A DNA stretch of 41,354 nucleotides from Candidatus Krumholzibacteriia bacterium (GTDB lineage: Bacteria; Krumholzibacteriota; Krumholzibacteriia; WVZY01), in the NCBI GenBank assembly GCA_036478295.1, contig JAZGDW010000075.1, forward strand, positions 1-41,354, in the 5' to 3' direction. Positions 29,620-38,443 of this stretch are shown piece by piece. The translations under genes and the position numbers were made by a program. Positions within the stretch are counted from its first letter, which is position 1. Every line of letters begins with the position of its first letter. The notes under the pieces were generated by a model, which saw only the letters and a program-made list of their open reading frames with translations, was not told the origin of the DNA and ran no database searches.

Positions 29620-30969
29620 CTATTTTTTGGCGCCCCAATCGAAGCCCTCCAGGAACCGCGTGTTCAACTCGCCCCGCACAAACCGGGGATCTTCGAGAAC
29701 CGCCATGTGGAACGAAAGCGTGGTCGCAACCCCTTCGATGACACACTCCTCGAGCGCTCGCTTCATGCGTCCGATGGCCTCGGCACGCGTGAGCCCGTGG
29801 CATATGATCTTGGCGATCATGGAGTCGTAGTATGGTGATATCTCGTAGCCCTGGTAGACGTGCGAATCCACACGCACGCCGTTGCCGCCGGGCAGGTGAA
29901 AAAACGAAATGGTGCCTGGTGACGGCATGAAATCCTGCGCCGGGTCTTCCGCGTTGACACGGCACTCGATCGCGTGACCCGAAAAGTCCACGTCGTCCTG
30001 CCCATACGATAACGGTTTGCCGGCCGCGATGGAGATTTGCTCGCGCACCAGATCGCGCCGCGTGACCATTTCGGTGACCGGGTGCTCGACCTGGATGCGC
30101 GTGTTCATTTCCATGAAAAAAAATTCGTCGTCCTGCACGAGAAATTCCATCGTGCCCGCCGAGTAGTACCCCATCGCCTCGGCACCCCCCACCGCTGCCT
30201 CGAGAATTCGCGCGCGGAGATCTTCGTCGATCCCGCAGCAGGGCGATTCCTCAATGAGCTTCTGGTGCCGTCTTTGCACCGAGCAGTCGCGCTCACCGAG
30301 GTGAATGATATGACCGTCGCGATCGCCGAGCAGTTGGACTTCGACGTGGCGCGGGCCTGACAGGTAACGCTCGAGGTAAAGGCGCGGATCGCCGAAGGCG
30401 CGCTCGGACTCGGCCCGCGCGATCATCATGCTGCTCGCCAGGCCCTCCGCGTTTTCCGCCACCCGCATACCCTTACCCCCACCGCCGGCGGAAGCTTTGA
30501 TCAACACCGGGTAGCCAATGGTCTCCGCCGCCTTGAGTGCCTCCTCTTCAGTTTCGACCGGGCCGTCGGAACCGGGTATGACGGGCACGCCGGATCCGGC
30601 CATCATCTGTTTGGCCGACGATTTGTCGCCCATCTGCTGGATGGTGGCCGGGCTTGGACCGATCCAGGTGATGTCGCACGACTCCACCATCTCCGCGAAC
30701 TCCGCGTTCTCGGCCAGGAATCCGTAACCGGGATGCAACGCGTCGACTCCGCTGATCTCGGCGGCGGCGAGGATACGGTTCGGGTTCAGATAACTTTCCC
30801 CGGGGGGATGGGCGCCGATGCAGATCGCCTCGTCCGCAAATTTCACGTGGAGTGCATCCGTGTCGGCACTGCTGTGCACCGCAACGCTGGGAATCCCCAA
30901 CTCCTTGCACGCGCGCATGATACGGAGTGCAATTTCACCCCGGTTGGCAACCAGTATCTTCTGGAACAT
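29620..30969 (-). CDS. accC: acetyl-CoA carboxylase biotin carboxylase subunit
   Basis: ANRGEIA, HPGYGFLAEN, GGGGKGMR, RDCSVQRRHQK, EMNTRIQVEHPVTE and YYDSMIAK. Confidence 0.97.
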   Translation of the reverse strand: MFQKILVANRGEIALRIMRACKELGIPSVAVHSSADTDALHVKFADEAICIGAHPPGESYLNPNRILAAAEISGVDALHPGYGFLAENAEFAEMVESCDITWIGPSPATIQQMGDKSSAKQMMAGSGVPVIPGSDGPVETEEEALKAAETIGYPVLIKASAGGGGKGMRVAENAEGLASSMMIARAESERAFGDPRLYLERYLSGPRHVEVQLLGDRDGHIIHLGERDCSVQRRHQKLIEESPCCGIDEDLRARILEAAVGGAEAMGYYSAGTMEFLVQDDEFFFMEMNTRIQVEHPVTEMVTRRDLVREQISIAAGKPLSYGQDDVDFSGHAIECRVNAEDPAQDFMPSPGTISFFHLPGGNGVRVDSHVYQGYEISPYYDSMIAKIICHGLTRAEAIGRMKRALEECVIEGVATTLSFHMAVLEDPRFVRGELNTRFLEGFDWGAKK

Positions 30970-31007
30970 GGCGGAAACGTATCACAGATGCGGAGTCTGT
31001 GAAAACC

Positions 31008-32138
31008 CTAGATTTCCGGCGAGGGAACGGCTTTGCCTTTTTCGAAGTTCTCCCACGACTTGTCGGCGGTCGCCTGGATGCCTTTCAAGCGCAGCGTAAG
31101 CTCGTGCGGGTTGGAGCTGGCGCGCATCGCGTCGTCGAGCGTGACCTGCCCCTCTTTGTAGAGTTTCATCAACGCCTGGTCGAAGGTCTGCATGTGATGC
31201 TGGGTGACGCCTTCGCGCATCGCCTGCGTGATAAGGCTCGTTTTTTCCGGGTTGGTGATGCATTCACGAATGGTTCCCGTGGCCACCATCACTTCGACGG
31301 CCGGCACCATGCCGTTGCCGCTCGAGTGCGGTAGCAGACGCTGACTGACCACCGACTGCACGGTCGAGCCCAGCAGGTAACGGATCTCCTGGTGCTGGTG
31401 CGGCGGGAAAAACGAGATGACCCGGTGTACCGTCTGCATGGCATCGATGGTGTGAAGCGTGGTCAAGACCAAGTGTCCGGTGTCCGCCGCCTTGAGGGCG
31501 ATCTCCATGGTCTCCTGGTCGCGAATCTCACCGATGAGAATCACGTCGGGGTCCTGGCGCAGGACGTGGCGCAGTGCCTCGTGGTACGAGGAGGTGTCGC
31601 TGCCGACCTCTCTCTGGTTGATGATGGCCTTCTCGTCGCGATGGAGAAATTCGATCGGGTCTTCGATCGTGATGATCGCAGAGTTGAGGTTGCGGTTGAT
31701 GTGCTGCACCATGGCGGCGAGCGTGGTCGACTTGCCGCTACCAACGGTCCCGGTCACGATGATCATGCCCCTGGGTCGCAATGCCAGGTCGCCGATCACC
31801 GGTGGCAGACCCAACTCCTCGATCGACTGGATCTTGACGGGCACGTGGCGAAAGACCATGGCGATGGTGTTGCGCTGGACGTAGCAATTCGCACGAAACC
31901 GTGCAAGACCGGTCACCCCAAAGGCAAAATCGACTTCCTTGGTGTTTTCGAATTTCTCTCGCTGTATCGGTGTAAGGATTTGCTTCGCGACCTCTTCCAT
32001 GTCCTTGGGACTGGGTGCGGGGTGATCGAGCCGTTGCAGCCGGCCGTTGAGCCTCACGACCGGTGGGATCCCCGGCTTGAGGTGCAGGTCCGACGCGGCG
32101 AGGTGTACCAGCTCCTCAAGCAGCACCTTGATATTCAT
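31008..32138 (-). CDS. type IV pilus retraction ATPase, PilT/PilU family (PilU-like)
   Basis: ASDLHL, GTVGSGKST, TIEDPIEF, LRQDPDVILIGEIRD, TGHLVLTTLH and MQTFDQAL. The PilT AIRNLIRE motif is replaced by TIRECITN. Confidence 0.92.
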   Translation of the reverse strand: MNIKVLLEELVHLAASDLHLKPGIPPVVRLNGRLQRLDHPAPSPKDMEEVAKQILTPIQREKFENTKEVDFAFGVTGLARFRANCYVQRNTIAMVFRHVPVKIQSIEELGLPPVIGDLALRPRGMIIVTGTVGSGKSTTLAAMVQHINRNLNSAIITIEDPIEFLHRDEKAIINQREVGSDTSSYHEALRHVLRQDPDVILIGEIRDQETMEIALKAADTGHLVLTTLHTIDAMQTVHRVISFFPPHQHQEIRYLLGSTVQSVVSQRLLPHSSGNGMVPAVEVMVATGTIRECITNPEKTSLITQAMREGVTQHHMQTFDQALMKLYKEGQVTLDDAMRASSNPHELTLRLKGIQATADKSWENFEKGKAVPSPEI

Positions 32139-32156
32139 GCGTTGTCTCCTCGTAAG

Positions 32157-32606
32157 CTATTGAGATTCAACGCGAAACAGAGCCTGCCCAAACTCCACCG
32201 GCTGGCCGTTCTCGACCAGCACTTCCCGGATCGTCCCGTTGAACTCCGCGCCGATCTCGTTCATGAGTTTCATCGCTTCGACGATGCAGACCGTCTGGCC
32301 GACCGCCACGGGCTGACCGACGTCAATGAATGGATCAGCGTCCGGAGCGGGGGCCCGGTAGAAGGTTCCCACCATCGGTGACCGGATCTCTTTCAAGTTT
32401 GGTGCCAGTTCGTCGATCTCGGAGGGATTCTCGCCGGAGGCGACTGCATCCAGCGGGATAGGTTGGGAAAGCGGCACCGTGGCGGCAGCGCCGGGGCGGT
32501 ACCCCTTGGCGATACGAATCTTTTTCCTGCCCTCGCAGATTTCGAGCTCGCTGATTTCACTCTCTTCAACGAGTCGGATGAGTTCCTCGATCTCTTCTCT
32601 GCGCAT
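32157..32606 (-). CDS. accB: biotin carboxyl carrier protein
   Basis: [11 protein letters not shown] and the EAMKLMNEI biotinylation motif. Confidence 0.97.
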   Translation of the reverse strand: MRREEIEELIRLVEESEISELEICEGRKKIRIAKGYRPGAAATVPLSQPIPLDAVASGENPSEIDELAPNLKEIRSPMVGTFYRAPAPDADPFIDVGQPVAVGQTVCIVEAMKLMNEIGAEFNGTIREVLVENGQPVEFGQALFRVESQ

Positions 32607-32624
32607 CAGGTGTCTCCTTCTTTG

Positions 32625-33182
32625 TCAAACCCGGGTCATGTACTTGCCCGTTCGCGTATCGATACGGAGAACGTTACCGATCTCGATGAAAAGCGGCACT
32701 TGCACCACCAGACCGGTTTCCATCGTCGCCGGCTTCGATCCACCCTGCGCCGTATCCCCTCGTACACCGGGTTGGGTATCCTTGACGGTCAACTCTACGA
32801 AATTGGGAAGCTCCACAAGAAGCGGAGTGTCCCCCTCGATCAATATGTCGACATCCATGTTCTCTTTCAGGTAACCTGTCTTGTCCTGTAGCATCGAAGC
32901 GGCCAGGGGAATCTGCTCGTAGTTTGTCTTGTGCATCATGTAATACATTCCACCCGACTCGTACAGGTATTGGTAGGCGCGTCTTTCCACTCGCACCTCA
33001 TCCACTTTCTCGCCAGCCCTGAAGGTGTTGTCCTTCACCTGCCCCGTCAACAGGTTCTTGATTCGCGTACGGACGAAGGCGCCGCCCTTTCCAGGTTTGA
33101 CATGCTGGAATTCCACGATCGCCCAGTACCCGCCGTTCATCTTCATGATGAACCCGTTGCGAAAGTCACTGGTATCCGCCAT
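32625..33182 (-). CDS. efp: elongation factor P
   Basis: HVKPGKGGAFVR, PGVRGDT, KPATMETG, VPLFI and DTRTGKY. Confidence 0.98.
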   Translation of the reverse strand: MADTSDFRNGFIMKMNGGYWAIVEFQHVKPGKGGAFVRTRIKNLLTGQVKDNTFRAGEKVDEVRVERRAYQYLYESGGMYYMMHKTNYEQIPLAASMLQDKTGYLKENMDVDILIEGDTPLLVELPNFVELTVKDTQPGVRGDTAQGGSKPATMETGLVVQVPLFIEIGNVLRIDTRTGKYMTRV

Positions 33183-33262
33183 CACTCCGTCTCCCTCGTC
33201 GGGAACCTGTCACGAACAAAACCGACCCGGGTACCGGTGCACCATCCCTGAGTCAACTTCGT

Positions 33263-33291
33263 ATGTTAAAAACTCTCGCGGGGATTTACAA
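33263..33291 (-). promoter_or_regulatory. sigma70 promoter for efp-accB-pilU-accC
   Basis: TTGTAA (33291-33286), 17 nt, TAACAT (33268-33263) in an AT-rich gap. Confidence 0.6.
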
Positions 33292-33302
33292 CTCAAATCA
33301 AG

Positions 33303-33328
33303 TGAGAAAAAGGGCCCTTCCGCCCTTC
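33303..33328 (-). terminator. probable intrinsic terminator after the TPR gene
   Basis: Minus strand AAGGGC-GGAAGG-GCCCTT followed by TTTCTC, immediately at the stop codon. Confidence 0.5.
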
Positions 33329-34697
33329 AATCATCGATCTGCCTGAGCCAACGCCTGAAATGACTGAGGCTTTCCTTCTCGTCGATGGAGCGCCTCGATT
33401 CGGGTGCCGGAACCGGCGGCGGTGGATCCTTACGCTCTTGCGTCGTCCGCGTGCTCGGCAGTGACGCGACATCCCGTTCGGCCGCACCGGCCGCTTTGGG
33501 GTCTATCTCGTCGAACCCGACCGGTGTGTCCGCACCCGTTTCGTCCTCATCCTGCGGGCCCGGCGGCTCACCGGCCTCATCCCGTGCGCCGCTCGCGGCT
33601 GTGTCTCGCGTCCGTGCCGCGCCGACTACATCACCCGTCGCGGAGACGGGCGCCTCCCCGGCATCCATCCCGTCAGCTCTATGCGGCAGCTGGATCGCGC
33701 CGCGTTCGTCCACCGGTCCCGTGAGTTCGACGGTGTCCCTCCCGTCTATTTCATCGACGTCATCGGCAGCGCTCCGATCATACCCGTCGCGAACGGCTCC
33801 GCCTGAGCCCTCGCGCATCGCACTGTCATCGGCGCCGAATCCGAGCTCGATGGCCCCCGGAGTTTTCGGCATGTCTCCACGCTCTGGCTCGCCGGTGTCA
33901 TCCGTCCCGGCATCGAGATCGATCGCGCTCGGATCGTCGGCTACGCCGGCCGGTGTCGCCAGAGGCTCCACGGGCTCGCCAACGTGTGCGACGCCCGGTG
34001 CCGCTTCGGCACCCTCGTCCTCGAACTTCCCGCCCAGCCCCTTCAGTTTTTCCCTCACCACTCGGTTGCGGGGATTCTTTTTCAGAAGTTCCTCGCAAAT
34101 TTTCAGCGCCTTGTCCCGGTAACCCTGCGACGCAAAGATATCGGCGAGTGTCAGCGTTGCCAACTCGTCGGATGTCTCGAGTCCATCAGCCGCATCCAGG
34201 GCGTCCGACACGGGACTCTTGCCGGTGGACTGCCCGGACGCCTCCGATGACGGGCTGGTCTCGCCCTTGCTCATCTGCTTTTGCTCCTCAACCGCCCGCA
34301 TGGTCTCCTTGATCACTTTGTTGTCGGGATCCAGTTGCAAGATGTGTTGGAAATAGTCGCGCGCAGAATCGTACCGTCCCTGCTCGGCCTCGATCATGCC
34401 CAGATACTTCAGTGCCACCAGGTTGTTCTCATCCAGCGAGAGAACATGCTCGAAAGTCTCGCGGGCGGTGCCCCGGTCTCCGAGGTCGTAATGGCACTTG
34501 CCCTTGACCACATAACCGCTCGCGTAGCTCGGGTGGCGATCGATTCCCTGCCGGCAGATTTCCAGCGCCTCGTCGATCCGCTCTATCTTGCGGCAGGCAT
34601 CGGCGAGAAGCACGAAGACATAGCTGTCCGGAGACTTTCGATACTTCTCGAAAAGTTCGTCGAGCACCTGATTATCGATGTCGGTTGCTTCCGCCAT
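33327..34697 (-). CDS. cytoplasmic TPR protein with long acidic low-complexity region
   Basis: GGAGG RBS before ATG 34697; N-terminal TPRs; isolated TPR (TLTLADIFASQG); long D/E/G/A/P-rich tract; C-terminal helix LSHFRRWLRQI; no signal peptide. Confidence 0.85.
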   Translation of the reverse strand: MAEATDIDNQVLDELFEKYRKSPDSYVFVLLADACRKIERIDEALEICRQGIDRHPSYASGYVVKGKCHYDLGDRGTARETFEHVLSLDENNLVALKYLGMIEAEQGRYDSARDYFQHILQLDPDNKVIKETMRAVEEQKQMSKGETSPSSEASGQSTGKSPVSDALDAADGLETSDELATLTLADIFASQGYRDKALKICEELLKKNPRNRVVREKLKGLGGKFEDEGAEAAPGVAHVGEPVEPLATPAGVADDPSAIDLDAGTDDTGEPERGDMPKTPGAIELGFGADDSAMREGSGGAVRDGYDRSAADDVDEIDGRDTVELTGPVDERGAIQLPHRADGMDAGEAPVSATGDVVGAARTRDTAASGARDEAGEPPGPQDEDETGADTPVGFDEIDPKAAGAAERDVASLPSTRTTQERKDPPPPVPAPESRRSIDEKESLSHFRRWLRQIDD

Positions 34698-34894
34698 GAA
34701 ACGAATTCCTCCAAACAAGCACGCCGCCCGGGAAGTTCCTTCCCAGCGCACGAGGGTACTTGGCGGGTGCACCCCGTCCCGTGATCTGCCACCGATCCCG
34801 CCATGCATCCTGCAAGGTATTGTTATCAGGCCAGATAGTTCAATAGCCGCTTCGTGAAAAACCGCTGGCAAACGCGATTAATCCCTGCGGGATA

Positions 34895-34911
34895 TGCACT
34901 TCTCGTGCCAA
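34895..34911 (-). promoter_or_regulatory. possible sigma54 (-24/-12) promoter
   Basis: TTGGCACGAGAAGTGCA against consensus TGGCACG-N4-TTGCW: one mismatch, GG and GC correctly spaced, intergenic. Confidence 0.55.
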
Positions 34912-34967
34912 TCGGCCTCAGGGCGACCTGCCGCACGCACGGTGTCCCGTCGTGTGCCCGCCGCCAC

Positions 34968-35996
34968 CTAATTGTAGCGAAATGTCTCCGCCAGCGCCAA
35001 CAGCTCTCGGAAAAGAGGATGCTTCGGCACCCCGGGCGCGTACACCAGCAGGTCTACCACCCACAGCAGTTTCTCTCTCTCGTCGTAAACGAAGTAGGAC
35101 CTATAATAACCCCCGGCGGTCGAGCGCGAATTGCTCCAGTATCCTTCCATCTTGACCGCCGGATACTCGCCGAGCCGACCGTACGAAAAGCGAACCCGCG
35201 TCGAATCCATCGTGTCACCGTCGTAGCGCCGATAGACGTAGTCTTCGCGGATTCCGAAAAGCTCTTGCCCTTCCTTTACCGTGGGAGTCGTGTCCCAGTC
35301 AAGCCAAAAAATGCCGAGGACCCGTGACGGACCGTCGCGGAGCAGCTCGATGCCCGGGGGATCGGGCTCGTCACTAAGCAGCGTGTAGAGCGTCGGCACT
35401 TTGATCGTGAAACCGTACTTCTGGTAGAGTTGCCGCGTCAAGTCGCTGTCCTTCTTGCCGAGGAGGTAGTTCTGCAGGCGTCTGCGGCAGCTCTGCTCCA
35501 GCACGTCGTTGACCTCGTGGCCCCGCTCGCGCAGGACATCGAAGATCATCTCCTCTGAAGCCCCCGTGATAATAATGGTCACCTGTCCCACTCCGGGCAG
35601 GTCTTCCTTTCTGAAAATGTTGGCCGTGCCCGCCCGGGCCTTCTCCACCGCCTCGGGGCCGAGGAGCGACACGATGTGGCTGCCCACGAGAGTCGTCGGA
35701 CTTGCCGGGCCGCACAGGATGATGTTCTTGAAATAAGGGTTCGCGGTCAGTTCGGACGCACGGAGGTTCTGCAGCTTGAACTGGGTTTCCTCGCTGATGA
35801 AGTAGTCGAGGCGCCTGGCCAGGTGAGGGCGGAGTGCCCGGGCCAGGGGATCGTTGCGGCCGCCCTCCGTAACGACCAGGACCTCGGAGTAGGAACCGGC
35901 GGGTGGTATATCGGTTTCGATGCAGCCCGCCACGGCGATGGTGGCAACCATCACGGTGGGTAGCCACACCCGGTGGACGATTCTTGGCAACGACAT
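34968..35996 (-). CDS. DUF4837-family lipoprotein
   Basis: Lipobox VAGC; GSYSEVLVV, GYW..GGYYRSY and VYAPGVPKH match the DUF4837 pattern as recalled. Confidence 0.7.
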   Translation of the reverse strand: MSLPRIVHRVWLPTVMVATIAVAGCIETDIPPAGSYSEVLVVTEGGRNDPLARALRPHLARRLDYFISEETQFKLQNLRASELTANPYFKNIILCGPASPTTLVGSHIVSLLGPEAVEKARAGTANIFRKEDLPGVGQVTIIITGASEEMIFDVLRERGHEVNDVLEQSCRRRLQNYLLGKKDSDLTRQLYQKYGFTIKVPTLYTLLSDEPDPPGIELLRDGPSRVLGIFWLDWDTTPTVKEGQELFGIREDYVYRRYDGDTMDSTRVRFSYGRLGEYPAVKMEGYWSNSRSTAGGYYRSYFVYDEREKLLWVVDLLVYAPGVPKHPLFRELLALAETFRYN

Positions 35997-36140
35997 GACA
36001 CTGAAAGATAGGACGAATGCGCGCCGATCCGCAAGCGGTTCGAACTCCGAGAACAGAGAATCGGGGAAAGGTATGCGTCCGTGGGTGCGTTTGATGCCGA
36101 GACGGCCTGCACAACCCGCCGCCATGCAGCGCGGCAGTTG

Positions 36141-36881
36141 CTATTTCTCGCCGCTCTCGTGCTTTTCGTGCTGACCGTCACCGCAGCGCTCGCCGCACTC
36201 GCGGAGCTCACTAGTCAGGAGATCAACCTGATCCCGCAGGCTCCGCAGTCTGTGTGTCTTTAGAGAGGACTGGCGGTACCGGTTCCTCAACGAATCCAGA
36301 TCGAGCAGCGGTCCCTTGTCTTCTTCCAGCGCTCCCCCCACCCCGGAGCTACCGCCCCCGCCGTCGGTACCCACACGGACCGGTTCAGCGGTCGAGAACG
36401 GAAAGTCGAAGAGCTCATCGGCGCGGCCGGGGACCTTTGGCTCTACCGGCGTATTCGCCGCCGGCCCAGCACTGTCTTTTGGCTTCGGCTGCACCAGCTG
36501 TGACAACGGCTCCGTTGTCGTCGGCAGGAGAGATGATTTGGTTGCAAAATACGTCGTACCCAGCACCACCACGAACGCCGACAACGCACTCAGTGCAAAC
36601 CGGCGATTCCACGACCTCACCCAGCTGCGCTCCGGCACCGTGCGGTCGGAGAGCGCATTACGCTCGCGGGCGAGCCGCAGGCGAACCTTCCAGGTAAAAT
36701 TCTCATCCGGCTCTGCCAGCGGCGCCCTGTGCAACAGTTCCAGGCTCCTGGACAATCCCGTGGACAGGTCTTCGCACGACTTGCACTCGCCCAGGTGCTG
36801 TTCAAGGGCGATACGGTTTGAATCATCGATGATGCCATCGATGAAATCGTATATCAGACCTTTCGCTCGGCGGCACTTCAT
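36141..36881 (-). CDS. zinc-binding (zf-HC2) membrane anti-sigma factor
   Basis: AGGAGG RBS before ATG 36881; HLGECKSC (HxxxCxxC); one TM helix; directly downstream of the ECF sigma. Confidence 0.88.
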   Translation of the reverse strand: MKCRRAKGLIYDFIDGIIDDSNRIALEQHLGECKSCEDLSTGLSRSLELLHRAPLAEPDENFTWKVRLRLARERNALSDRTVPERSWVRSWNRRFALSALSAFVVVLGTTYFATKSSLLPTTTEPLSQLVQPKPKDSAGPAANTPVEPKVPGRADELFDFPFSTAEPVRVGTDGGGGSSGVGGALEEDKGPLLDLDSLRNRYRQSSLKTHRLRSLRDQVDLLTSELRECGERCGDGQHEKHESGEK

Positions 36882-36891
36882 TAAAAGCCTC

Positions 36892-37542
36892 CTAAAAGTC
36901 GACACCCTTCTCTAGTATCGGTTCGACCACTTTTCTGAAATAATTTCTCGCTCGATTTATTCTCGATCGTACCGTGCCGAGCTTGAGCCCGGTGACGGCT
37001 GCAATCTCTTCATAGGATAGCTGGTTCAACTCGCGTAACACAAAGCTCGTCCTGTATTTCTCCGGTATTTTGGCGATCGCGTCGTTGATAATCTCTCCCA
37101 ACTCTTTGTCGTTGAACTGGTGATCCGGTTGTCGCGACGGATCGATCAGATCCAACTGCCTCCCCTCTTCGTCATCGTCCCTACCCCGTGTCCACAACGA
37201 CAGGACGCGTGGCGCTCGTTTCCGTGATCGGATCCGGTTTCGCACCAGATTGGTGCCGATGGTATACAACCAGGTCGAGAACTTCGCTATCGTCTTGTAC
37301 TTGCCCGCGTGAATGTAGGCCTTGACGAATGTCTCCTGAGCGATTTCTTCGGCTTCGTCCCGGTCACCGACCATACGAAAGAGATAGTTGAATAGGCGCA
37401 GCTTGAAGCGGTCGACGAGGATGTCAAAGCAATCGCTGTGCCCCCCGGCGACCTTGAGAATCAAGTCCTCATCGCTCAGCTCTTTGAGCTTCGCCCTGTC
37501 CTTGAACGTGTTCGCGAACACATACTCCCTTTCGTCAGACAT
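36892..37542 (-). CDS. ECF RNA polymerase sigma factor (RpoE/SigW-like)
   Basis: Region 2 AEEIAQETFVKAY and FSTWLYTI; region 4 LSYEEIA..GTVRSRINRAR. Confidence 0.95.
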   Translation of the reverse strand: MSDEREYVFANTFKDRAKLKELSDEDLILKVAGGHSDCFDILVDRFKLRLFNYLFRMVGDRDEAEEIAQETFVKAYIHAGKYKTIAKFSTWLYTIGTNLVRNRIRSRKRAPRVLSLWTRGRDDDEEGRQLDLIDPSRQPDHQFNDKELGEIINDAIAKIPEKYRTSFVLRELNQLSYEEIAAVTGLKLGTVRSRINRARNYFRKVVEPILEKGVDF

Positions 37543-37543
37543 T

Positions 37544-37570
37544 TATACGCTCCCTCGTCGAGGAAGTTCC
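37544..37570 (-). promoter_or_regulatory. ECF-type promoter, probably autoregulatory
   Basis: GGAAC (37570-37566), 16 nt, CGTATA (37549-37544), matching the AAC-N16-CGT pattern of ECF promoters. Confidence 0.6.
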
Positions 37571-37641
37571 GTACCCCGCCTGCGCCCTTCCGGGCACCTC
37601 GGCCAGCGGATGCTCCCCAGATTTCTCTATCACACTTATTA

Positions 37642-38376
37642 TCATTTGGTTACAGCTGTTATCTTGCAGCGCCATTCTCGCTCGAGCAGGCGGATGACGA
37701 CCTGGCGCAACGTGAACCCGGCGTCGTTACCTTTTGTCCATTGGTAAGTTACGCGAACCTGGTCGCGGCGCTTTTCCCGCCGCAACGGCCAGCTGATTTC
37801 CTTCAGTCGGCGGTGCTTGGCGCCGAAGACCACCTCAAAGGGTTGACCGGTAACTTCGCCGACGAAGCGCACTTCGCCGTTCGCCCTCGCCTCGCGCCGC
37901 AGCGATTCGATCTCGTCACAGGAGGGCGTTCGCCCCAGCGCTATGAGCATAACGGTCTTGGCGTCGAAATCCATGCCCAGGATCTCCTCCAGGTACCGTG
38001 CCGCATCGGCCGACTCGTAGTATTGTCCCCGCTCACGGTCGAGAATGCGTAGCGTATCCGCAACGATCGAGAAGAAGAAGTCCTCCCGGTGGGCGCCGAA
38101 GAAGACGCTGCTGGAAAAATCGAAGGAGATATCCCCTGTGGGCTTTGTTTCGATGCGGCTCTTCCCTCGAATGCGGTACTGGTCCGCGTCCACCGTCACC
38201 TTGGCGTGCAAGGTGATGGGAACCTCGAAACCGGAGTGCTGAAACAGTGAATCGAAGGAGGTACACGTCGCCGGCCGGCTGTCCATCCAGGCGGGTCCAC
38301 AGCCAACAATCAACGACACGAATATGACAGTTACGCAAATGTACGGTGAGAATCTGCCGGGACTGTCATGGGGCAT
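37642..38376 (-). CDS. lipoprotein, DUF4292/LolB-like candidate
   Basis: Lipobox IVGC; beta-rich body with DTLRILDR..QYY; follows a TPR gene. Family assignment is tentative. Confidence 0.55.
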   Translation of the reverse strand: MPHDSPGRFSPYICVTVIFVSLIVGCGPAWMDSRPATCTSFDSLFQHSGFEVPITLHAKVTVDADQYRIRGKSRIETKPTGDISFDFSSSVFFGAHREDFFFSIVADTLRILDRERGQYYESADAARYLEEILGMDFDAKTVMLIALGRTPSCDEIESLRREARANGEVRFVGEVTGQPFEVVFGAKHRRLKEISWPLRREKRRDQVRVTYQWTKGNDAGFTLRQVVIRLLEREWRCKITAVTK

Positions 38377-38443
38377 TCAATATACCGGGTTGTTCGCGCG
38401 CTGAGCTGTCATGACCCATTTAATGACCGAGTTGTTCGCGCGC
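38363..38443. repeat. imperfect tandem duplication (about 39 nt) of a stop/start junction
   Basis: ctgtcatg-gggcattcaatat-accgggttgttcgcgcgc (38363-38401) against ctgtcatg-acccatttaatg-accgagttgttcgcgcgc (38406-38443). Confidence 0.75.

Noticed and set aside
33400..34020. Low-complexity tract as a repeat array or CRISPR
   Set aside because: No nucleotide-level periodic repeats; it is a disordered coding linker. No repeat-spacer array was seen anywhere in the window.
34698..34871. Longest-ORF N-terminal extensions (also bamA 10523, mcsA 14710, 25407, 25930, 36125, 36905, 40255)
   Set aside because: Downstream starts fit RBS position, signal peptides or gene boundaries better; the extensions overlap promoters or neighbouring genes.
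36025..36050. GGTTCGAAC resembling a tRNA T-loop
   Set aside because: No acceptor stem, D-arm or anticodon arm can be built around it.
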